A DNA stretch of 64,000 nucleotides from a virus: positions 32,001-96,000 of IMG/VR virus record IMGVR_UViG_3300036790_000270. One strand, 5' to 3'. Made by a program: the position numbers and the translations under genes. The notes beneath the pieces were generated by a model that did not search any database, was not told the origin of the DNA, and saw only the letters and a list, made by a program, of their open reading frames with translations. Position 1 is the stretch's first letter, and each line of letters begins with the position of its first letter. Positions 58,003 to 64,000 of the stretch are shown here, in pieces.

Positions 58003-58116
58003 TTAGTCGTGCCACCCGTTGCCGCAGTTACCGCAGACGTGGCCGCTGTGCGCGCCGGACCCCTGGCAGGTACCACCGCACTTGCTGCACGTCGCCGTGC
58101 AACCTGAATTCGCCAT
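58003..58116 (-). CDS. tiny Cys/His-rich peptide (37 aa)
   Basis: GGGAGGGAG RBS; MANSGCTATCSKCGGTCQGSGAHSGHVCGNCGNGWHD. Confidence 0.55.
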   Translation of the reverse strand: MANSGCTATCSKCGGTCQGSGAHSGHVCGNCGNGWHD

Positions 58117-58175
58117 GACCTGCTCCCTCCCGGAAATTGGTGGGCCCCCGCCCATGCCCAGGACGGGGGCCCGAT

Positions 58176-58246
58176 GACATCGGGGGACTTGAACCCCCAA
58201 CTTCAGTCTCCTAATGACTGCGCGCTACCAATTGCGCCAGGTGTCT
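58176..58246 (-). tRNA. atypical tRNA, anticodon UAG (Leu), short variable loop, weak acceptor stem
   Basis: On -: AGACACC TG GCGC AATTGGTA GCGC G CAGTC ATTAGGA GACTG AAGTT GGGGG TTCAAGT CCCCC GATGTC. No encoded CCA. Confidence 0.7.
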
Positions 58247-58290
58247 GTTTGGTGCCCTCAGTGTCGTTAAGGAACGGCAGGTCTTGCGAC

Positions 58291-58364
58291 GGGTAACGCT
58301 CTGCCGGCTGAGCTAGGGGACCATGCGGAGGTCCCCCGGGGGGTCGAACCCCGGACCTTTACCC
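58291..58364 (-). ncRNA. circularly permuted tRNA mimic (YrlA/Y-RNA-like module)
   Basis: On -: GGGTAA AGGTC CGGGG TTCGACC CCCCG GGGGACC TCCGCAT GGTCCCC TA GCTC AGCCGGCA GAGC G TTACCC. This gives T arm, loop-closed acceptor stem and D arm inside a GGGTAA/TTACCC stem. Confidence 0.75.
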
Positions 58365-58386
58365 TGGTACTACCGTCCTCGCGGGG

Positions 58387-58471
58387 AGGACCTAACGGCT
58401 AACGGCGCGAAGGACAAGGAGCGAACGGCTAAGCAGTCCGGCTCACGGCTAACGGCTAAGTGCTAGGTCCT
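58387..58471 (-). repeat. heptamer (TTAGCCG) repeats enclosed by an 8-bp stem
   Basis: AGGACCTA (58387-58394) and TAGGTCCT (58464-58471) enclose about 5 copies of ctaacgg-like heptamers. Confidence 0.65.
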
Positions 58472-58516
58472 TACGTGTAACAGCTTACACGGTCACCTGG
58501 TAAATGCAACCTGTAC

Positions 58517-58648
58517 GGCGGGCAAGGCGTCGCCAGTTTGGGTTTCGCCGTCGTCATGGCCTCACGCGCCGCACAAGCCGTTCCGCAGGCAGGGAGTAAG
58601 GCGTGTGGTTATTGGGTCTCGTCAGGTAGGTAGCCTCACGCCCCGCCT
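58517..58648 (-). ncRNA. two separate TIGR-like units
   Basis: On +: aggcg-tcgccagtt-tgggtttcg-ccgtcgtca-tggcct and aggcg-tgtggttat-tgggtctcg-tcaggtagg-tagcct. Confidence 0.65.
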
Positions 58649-58650
58649 TG

Positions 58651-59415
58651 CTACGGCCGCAGCAGCCAGGAGAAGATCTCCGCGCCCTCGTTCCGCTCGG
58701 TCACCGTCGCCGAGTTGGCTTCCTCCCGGGCCATCTTCACCGCGGTGCGCAGTGCCGACAGCCGGTCGAGCAGCTCCGCCTTCCGCTTCGCCTCCAGGGC
58801 GCCGGAGAAGCTCACCGTCGTGTTGTACTCGACGATCTCGTCGCGGGTCATCACGTCGACCTGCTCCTGGATCGTCGGGGTGCCGTTGCCGCGGTGCCAG
58901 TTGAACATGACCTTGTCCTTCAGGTCACCTTCCTGCGGGCGCACCGAGCGCCACTGGCCGGGCTCGGTGTTCTCATTCGTCCAGTCCTGCACCCCGTTCA
59001 GCACCGGGAGCGCCTGCACGATGGCGTGCAGCTTGGTGAGCTCGCCTTCCAGGTACACCAGGTGCCGGACCGGGACGTCGTGCATGACGGTGTGCGGCCC
59101 GACCACGACGTCCGCCTTCGCCGCGCCCTGGGCGGTGTCCAGGGTCAGCGCGGTGTCCCACTTGGCAGTCAGCAGCGTCTTCACGTCATCGAGGACCTGA
59201 ACCGCGGTGTAGGCGACCTTCTTCTTCACGTCGGGGGTCACCCGGCGGCGCTGGTGGTTCGGGTCGACGGAGTCACTCGCCGCGACCGACTCCTTCTCCA
59301 TCCCGCTGAACAGCTCCGGCTTGGCGACCACCTGGGACACCCGGGCGAGCGCCGTGTCGGTCTCGGTGTTAACCCCGCTGATGATCGCAAGCAGCTGGTG
59401 AATCCGGACGGGCAT
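58651..59415 (-). CDS. conserved hypothetical coiled-coil protein upstream of the ncRNA cluster
   Basis: AAGGAG RBS. AKADVVV...DVPV..L.YLE..L...LPVL...FSGAL...ELLDR...AVK.AREEAN recalls a widespread uncharacterised bacterial/phage family. Confidence 0.75.
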   Translation of the reverse strand: MPVRIHQLLAIISGVNTETDTALARVSQVVAKPELFSGMEKESVAASDSVDPNHQRRRVTPDVKKKVAYTAVQVLDDVKTLLTAKWDTALTLDTAQGAAKADVVVGPHTVMHDVPVRHLVYLEGELTKLHAIVQALPVLNGVQDWTNENTEPGQWRSVRPQEGDLKDKVMFNWHRGNGTPTIQEQVDVMTRDEIVEYNTTVSFSGALEAKRKAELLDRLSALRTAVKMAREEANSATVTERNEGAEIFSWLLRP

Positions 59416-59450
59416 CCTTGCTCTCCTTTATACGTTTACGTTTACACGAG

Positions 59451-59606
59451 ACCGGGCGTTACTACCTTGGGCCTCGTGTCTCGGGTGGCCCGGCGTCGTA
59501 CGTTTGGGTTACGTCTTGCTGGCCGGGGCGTTACTACCTTGGGCCTCGTGTCTGCGTTGGCCCCGGCGTTTGTGCTGTGGGCCTCGTCATGATGCTGGCC
59601 GGGACG
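59451..59606 (-). repeat. TIGR-like array, 4 units (one with a 6-nt spacer)
   Basis: Pairs on +: ttactacct/tgtctcggg, tcgtacgtt/tcttgc, ttactacct/tgtctgcgt, tttgtgctg/tcatgatgc. Confidence 0.8.
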
Positions 59607-59993
59607 CCACGGCCCCGGGAGGCACTACACCATGCCTCCCGGGGCCTTTCCCTCCTCCGGCGCGCGTACCGGCCGTCCCGGCAGGGTGCCTTCAGCGTGC
59701 CGGAGCTTTATGCCGCGCCGGGTCAGGCAGCCTGCGCGGGGAACGGGGCGGTGCTGGTGAGCCGCTGGTAAAGGCCGTGGAGGGCCTCCGTCGCGGTGAC
59801 CTCGGGGGCCTGCGCCAGGCACGCGCCCTGGCTGTTCGACCAGTTCATGCTTTCCTCCTGATAAGTCGGCCCGCGGTACCCGTCCCGGGATTAGCCCCCG
59901 TTATGAGCAGGGCCGCTGACTGGCCCGGGAACGGGTTCGCTGCGGGGGCTGCACCGCGGTACTGGCGGCGTCCCTCCGCCGTCGTACAGCATC

Positions 59994-60275
59994 TTACACG
60001 CTCTCGCCGGGCCGTGTCAGCGACTTAACCGAAGGCGCAGGCGATTTTGGTCTCGTGTCATCGTTGGCCTCCGTCTCGTCGCCGAGCACGCTGATTACCG
60101 CGTCCAGCACGTCGTCGGGCCGCTTCTCCGCGACCTTCAGCAGCACTGCCAGCAGCACCTCGCCGTCCGCGTCCAGCGCCAGGCGCCCGGATAGCAGCAG
60201 CCGGATCTTCTGCCGCACGTGCCGGTACGGTATTCCCTTGTCCGGGTCCGGCGCCCCGGCGTAACCACGTGGCAT
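59994..60275 (-). CDS. hypothetical protein
   Basis: ORF track; AAGGA upstream. The 3' end overlaps a degenerate TIGR-like unit at 60030-60073. Confidence 0.5.
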   Translation of the reverse strand: MPRGYAGAPDPDKGIPYRHVRQKIRLLLSGRLALDADGEVLLAVLLKVAEKRPDDVLDAVISVLGDETEANDDTRPKSPAPSVKSLTRPGESV

Positions 60276-60285
60276 CGCACTGTCC

Positions 60286-61242
60286 TTACCGGCGGGCCTG
60301 CTCCAGCGCCTGGTGCGCCTTAGACAGGGCCAGCAGGTTGCCGTCCTTGCCGGGCAGCGGCAGGAAGTCCGGCACCGAGCTGGCCGCGAAGTACTTCAGG
60401 CCGGTCCGCGGGCGCACGTCGAAGTTCGGGTTCACCCGGGCGTAGTTCTCATTGCGGGCGTGCTTGTTCCACGCGGTGGTGAACGCGTACAGCTCCATCA
60501 GCCGCTTGTCGGCTGGCAGCCGGTCCCGGACCGTGCCGAGCAGCAGCCAGTTGTGCAGGGTAAGCGCCGGGTTGCCCCGGTCCAGGTTGGCGCCGGTGCG
60601 CACCGACTCCCAGAAGCCGTCCGGGTCAATCTTGGTGACCGTGCCGTCCTCGTCGCGCTCCGCCGTCCGCATGATCGCGTACCCGGCGACCGACGGGTTG
60701 GCCCGCACCGCCCGGTACAGCGCCTCGCCCCGGTGGATCGCGTCGGTGATTCCCGGTGCGTCCACCCACGCGTCCTGTGACGCCCGGGTCAGCGCCTGCT
60801 TGCCGGGGTTACGCACCCCGTCGATGCCGTAGTTCTCGTACAGCGCCATGTACTTGGCGAGCACCGAGGCCCGCTTGTAATCGGGTATCGCCAGCATCCG
60901 CAGGGTGTCCGCGTAGGTGCGCTTGCGGCCCGTGTCGATGTACTCGGCCTCCTCTGTGGTGATGCCCCGGATGAACGGCAGGTACGTGGCGATGCCGGTC
61001 CGGATGATCGCCGCGAAGCGGTGCTGGCCGTCCCAGGCCCGGTCCGCGTCGTCCAGGTAAACGGGGCTGATCCCCGGGAAGAACGTGCCCTCCCGCAGGT
61101 TCAGCTCCATCACCGCGGTATCCAGCTTCGACTGGCTGCGGTTGGCGTGCATCGTCTTCAGGTACCGCTCGGCGTCCTTCGGCGTCACCAGCGTCATCTC
61201 AAAGGTGACGTGCGCCGGGAACGGGACTTCGGTACTGGTCAC
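60286..61242 (-). CDS. ParB/Srx-fold DGQHR-motif protein
   Basis: GTG at 61242 after AGGAGG. VTP..AE.YL...NR...DGQHRFAAI...IDTGRKRT..D.L. Confidence 0.8.
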   Translation of the reverse strand: MTSTEVPFPAHVTFEMTLVTPKDAERYLKTMHANRSQSKLDTAVMELNLREGTFFPGISPVYLDDADRAWDGQHRFAAIIRTGIATYLPFIRGITTEEAEYIDTGRKRTYADTLRMLAIPDYKRASVLAKYMALYENYGIDGVRNPGKQALTRASQDAWVDAPGITDAIHRGEALYRAVRANPSVAGYAIMRTAERDEDGTVTKIDPDGFWESVRTGANLDRGNPALTLHNWLLLGTVRDRLPADKRLMELYAFTTAWNKHARNENYARVNPNFDVRPRTGLKYFAASSVPDFLPLPGKDGNLLALSKAHQALEQARR

Positions 61243-61341
61243 GCGGTCCTCCTGAAAAGGGGATAGCAGAAGTTGTGTCATGGCTGCTCGGAACAAGCTG
61301 GCTGCGGTATCTATTCCGCGTCAGGGCCACCGCCCTCGCGA

Positions 61342-61594
61342 GCCCCGCAGGCGTCACGGGAATGGGTTTCGTGTCGACTTTGGCCTGCCAGGGGCCGGCG
61401 TTCTACCTGTGGGTTCCGTCCTCGGTTTGGCCGGGCGTTACTTGTTTGGGTCTCGTGAAGGCGTTGGCCCGGCGTGGTTCAGGCGGGTTCCGTGCTCGGT
61501 TTGGCCTGGCGCTGTGCCGCTGGGTTCCGTGAAGTAGTTGGCCGGGCCCGGCGTAACATCATTGGGTTCCGCCTCACTTTTGGCCGGGCCCGCG
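61342..61594 (-). repeat. TIGR-like array, 6 units
   Basis: Six tgggt(t/c)(c/t)cg-type loops, each flanked by two 9-nt spacers and tggcc..ggcg edges. Confidence 0.85.
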
Positions 61595-61600
61595 CCAGGC

Positions 61601-61741
61601 TTACTGCATCGCCCCGCAGCCGTTAGCCAGGCAGATATGGCGCCCGTCGTGGTTAACGTCGTCCCCGCACCGGTGCAGGCTGCCCGGGTGGGCCGGCTCC
61701 TTCAGCGTCCCCCAGCTGTGCCCGCATGCTCTTACTGCCAT
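61601..61741 (-). CDS. tiny Cys/His-rich peptide (46 aa) between two arrays
   Basis: GGAGAAGGAG RBS; MAVRACGHSWGTLKEPAHPGSLHRCGDDVNHDGRHICLANGCGAMQ. Confidence 0.6.
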   Translation of the reverse strand: MAVRACGHSWGTLKEPAHPGSLHRCGDDVNHDGRHICLANGCGAMQ

Positions 61742-61760
61742 CAGCTTCTCCTTCTCCGGG

Positions 61761-62088
61761 TGCCCGGCGTTTGCCTTTTGGGTCTCGTAGGCCGTATGGC
61801 CGGGCCCGGCGTGGCGACATTGGGTCCCGTCAAGCTTGATGGCCGGGCCCGGCGTTTGTGGACTGGGTCTCGTGAGGACTATGGCCGGGCGTGATGGATT
61901 TGGGTCTCGTGTCTCAGATGGCCCGGCGTTGTCCTGTTGGGTTCCGTGTCGACTTTGGCCGGGCGTTACTGTCGTGGGTTCCGTTGCTCGGTTGGCCCGG
62001 CGTGCATCCAATGGGTTCCGTGAACTTGATGGCCGGGCAGCACGGCGGCGGCGTTCCAGGAATGGGTTCCGTTACTACACTGGCCGCC
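61761..62088 (-). repeat. TIGR-like array, 8 units, directly downstream of the Tas-like gene
   Basis: Eight loop repeats with 9-nt (one 10-nt) spacer pairs. Edges tggccgggcg, tggcccggcg or tggccgggcccggcg. Confidence 0.9.
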
Positions 62089-62094
62089 TGCCCG

Positions 62095-62982
62095 CTACCG
62101 GCCGCGGTGCCGTCCCCGGTTCTCCTCCCCCACCCGGACCGTCCCGTACACCGGCGCGTCCCCGGCTGCCGTCAGCCACAGGTCCCGCAGGATCTCCTTA
62201 CCGGTGTGCCGCAGCCCGATCGCGTGCACGTGCGACTTCTGGTACGGGTCCCCGGCCAGGGCGTAACCGAGCTTCACCTTGCCGCCGGCCGCGTCATCCG
62301 GGGTTGCCAGCGGGTCAGTGTCATCAGGGACGTGCGTCTTGCACTTGACGTACAGCTTCCCGCTGTACCCGCCCACGCAGTCCCGGGTGTGCACCCGCCC
62401 GCTGTAGGCTGCCTTCACGTCGTCGTAGACCTTCCGGTACCCGGTACCCGCCTTCGCGGTGCTCTTCACCTGCGCGACCGACATCAGGTAGACCAGCTTC
62501 TTCGCGTCGGGGCGCCCGTTGGCCATCAGCGCGTCCGCGTCGCCCTTCACGTTCCGGTTCTTCGGCGCGCCCACTGAGCAGTATTGCCACAGCTCGCCCA
62601 CCCCCCGCGGGTGCTCCTCGTCGTCGATCAGGTGCCGCCCCGGGCCCTCGCCCTCCCAGTGCCGCGGGGAGGCCGTCCGCGGGTCACCGGTGATGCCCAG
62701 CAGCCGGGCCAGGGTATGCTCGCCGATCCCCGCGCTCTCCTGCTGCCAGCGCTGCACGCTTTCCGGCACCGTCATCCGGTAGCAGGCCGTCAGCTCCGCC
62801 TCCAGCCGCTTCTCCGCCTCCTTGTACAGCTCCAGCACCGGGCCGAGCGCGTCCAGCGTCACCGTCCCCGACCGCTTGGTGTTCTCGAACGCGATCCGGG
62901 CGGCCTGCGCGTCCGCGAACTCCTCCGCCCACATCCGCAGCTCGGTGTACGAGCCCGGGTTGGTGCGCCTGACATTCGTCAT
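62095..62982 (-). CDS. tasA: TasA-like IS110/Nop-domain RNA-binding protein without nuclease domain
   Basis: N-terminal coiled coil (D.Q..RIAFEN), GIGEHTLARLLG, LWQYCSVG, YRKVYD..K, H..GLR..GKEILRDLW. No RuvC (DEDD) or HNH region. Flanked by dual-spacer arrays. AAGGAG RBS. Confidence 0.8.
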   Translation of the reverse strand: MTNVRRTNPGSYTELRMWAEEFADAQAARIAFENTKRSGTVTLDALGPVLELYKEAEKRLEAELTACYRMTVPESVQRWQQESAGIGEHTLARLLGITGDPRTASPRHWEGEGPGRHLIDDEEHPRGVGELWQYCSVGAPKNRNVKGDADALMANGRPDAKKLVYLMSVAQVKSTAKAGTGYRKVYDDVKAAYSGRVHTRDCVGGYSGKLYVKCKTHVPDDTDPLATPDDAAGGKVKLGYALAGDPYQKSHVHAIGLRHTGKEILRDLWLTAAGDAPVYGTVRVGEENRGRHRGR

Positions 62983-63000
62983 TTCCTTTTCTCCTTGCGA

Positions 63001-63645
63001 TGGCCGGCGTATTGTGTACGGGTTCCGTCGTGTGCATGGCCGCCGGGGCGTTAACAGGGTGGGTTCCGTGAGGCAGTTGGCCCGGCGTTGTTCTCTTGGG
63101 TTCCGTTGCTCGATTTGGCCGGGCCTGGCGTTAGCTAGTTGGGTTCCGTGAGGCAGTTGGCCGGGCGTTAACGTGGTGGGTTCCGTGACTCGGTTGGCCG
63201 GGCGTTACTGCCCTGGGTTCCGTGTGCCTGTTGGCCCGGCGTCGTGATTTTTGGGTTCCGTACCTGAAGTGGCCGGGCGTCATGTTTTTGGGTTCCGTGG
63301 AAGCGGTGGCCCGGCGTCATGGCATTGGGCCTCGTTACGGTGGTGGCCGGGCGTGCAGTCATTGGGTTTCGTTACTCAGTTGGCCCGGCGTGCGTCCAAT
63401 GGGCTCCGTTGGAGTGGTGGCCGGGCGTTCAGCCATTGGGTCTCGTTAACTCAGTTGGCCCGGCGTGACCAGTATGGGTTCCGTTACGTAGCTGGCCGGG
63501 CGATACCTGATTGGGTTCCGCGGGAGTGGTGGCCCGGCGTGGGTCGCATGGGTTCCGTAACGGGTTTGGCCGGGCGTAACACCGATGGGTCTCGTTGCGT
63601 GGTTGGCCTGGCGCCCGGACACCGGGTTCCGTCATGCGGCCGGCC
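63001..63645 (-). repeat. TIGR-like array, 17 units of about 37 nt, directly upstream of the Tas-like gene
   Basis: On +: (tggccgggcg or tggcccggcg)-N9-tgggttccg-N9. 34 spacers, of which 31 are 9 nt and 3 are 10 nt. Confidence 0.93.
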
Positions 63646-64000
63646 TAGGCGCCCACCGGGGCGTCCTGCCCCAGCAGGCTGTCCGGCAGCGCGCCGAACC
63701 GGTCCGCGTAATCATCCAGGTCGGGGCAGCCCGCCTGCGCCAGCAGCGCCGCCGCGCTCTCGTGCCGGGCGATCGTCGCGTCCGCCCCGCTGACGTACCG
63801 GCGCTTGCACTCGCGCAGGAACGCGGCCCGCAGCCGGTGGTGCTCCGGGGTCAGCCGCCCCCAGGGAACCTGCCCCTGGCCCGGCACGTAGCAGGTCTCG
63901 CCGAGCAGCCGCCGCATCGCGTCCTCCGCCGGGTTGGTGTAGGCGGCCAGCTCACCGCGGACCGCCGGCGGGGCGGAGCTGAACGCCCGCTTCTCGCTGC
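63645..64000 (-). CDS. hypothetical protein, probably 5'-truncated by the window edge
   Basis: ORF 63645-63917 stays open upstream (...VRGELAAYTNPAEDAMRRLLG...). Its stop abuts the array. Confidence 0.55.
   Translation of the reverse strand, partial: SEKRAFSSAPPAVRGELAAYTNPAEDAMRRLLGETCYVPGQGQVPWGRLTPEHHRLRAAFLRECKRRYVSGADATIARHESAAALLAQAGCPDLDDYADRFGALPDSLLGQDAPVGA

Noticed and set aside
58291-58364. two-piece (permuted) tmRNA
   Set aside because: It has a full D stem, no G3-U70 alanine pair in the acceptor stem, no CCA and no evident tag reading frame.
62095-62982. IS110 transposase / insertion sequence
   Set aside because: The protein shares only the C-terminal-type motifs and lacks the N-terminal DEDD RuvC domain. 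The surrounding multi-unit arrays fit a Tas-like gene better.
61342-63645. CRISPR array interpretation of the repeats
   Set aside because: Repeats are 9-10 nt and of two alternating types with 9-nt spacers. CRISPR needs about 23-47-nt repeats with about 30-nt spacers. No cas operon is present.
63168-63793. ORFs 63168-63362, 63222-63449, 63251-63793 and 63429-63635 (also 61275-61894 and 59418-59771)
   Set aside because: They run through the arrays, and their periodic WVP/LGSV/WPG words are translations of the repeats.
1-64000. self-targets of the guide spacers, and prophage att sites or integrase
   Set aside because: I noticed none, but an exhaustive 18-nt split-target search cannot be done by eye. 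No integrase or host genes are visible, so neither is claimed.

Overview
The window is part of a GC-rich (visually about 70%) tailed-phage genome, probably from an actinobacterial siphophage. Terminase, portal, major capsid and integrase genes are not visible. Bases 1-36000 (mostly + strand) carry a sugar-modification and glycosyltransferase cluster, Ser/Thr/Ala-rich virion proteins, neck and tail genes, a tape measure protein with a lytic-transglycosylase domain, large Gly-rich minor tail proteins and lysis-type membrane proteins. Bases 36000-57000 carry accessory and replication genes: two vWA proteins, a Cas4-like exonuclease, an SSB-like protein, a GT2/NodB/GH16 polysaccharide module, an SNF2 helicase, a C5-MTase-like protein, a RuvC-like nuclease and a GH25-like lysin. 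The main signal is a TIGR-Tas-like RNA-guide system. A nuclease-less IS110/Nop-type protein (62095-62982, TasA-like) lies among arrays of about 37-nt dual-spacer units (guide strand GGCCA-N9-CGGAACCCA-N9-CGCC), next to a DGQHR/ParB-like gene. By eye I count about 51 units at 16 loci across the whole window, many as single hairpin-closed copies in intergenic gaps. The arrays use strictly alternating, mutually complementary edge repeats and have CG where described TIGR arrays, as I recall them, have TG. Other notable elements are a circularly permuted (YrlA-like) tRNA mimic beside a heptamer-repeat loop and an atypical tRNA (58176-58471), a five-copy promoter-linked RNA motif with covarying stems in front of late genes, and a capsid-like fragment fused to membrane helices. 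All family calls come from motif recognition by eye; no searches were run.
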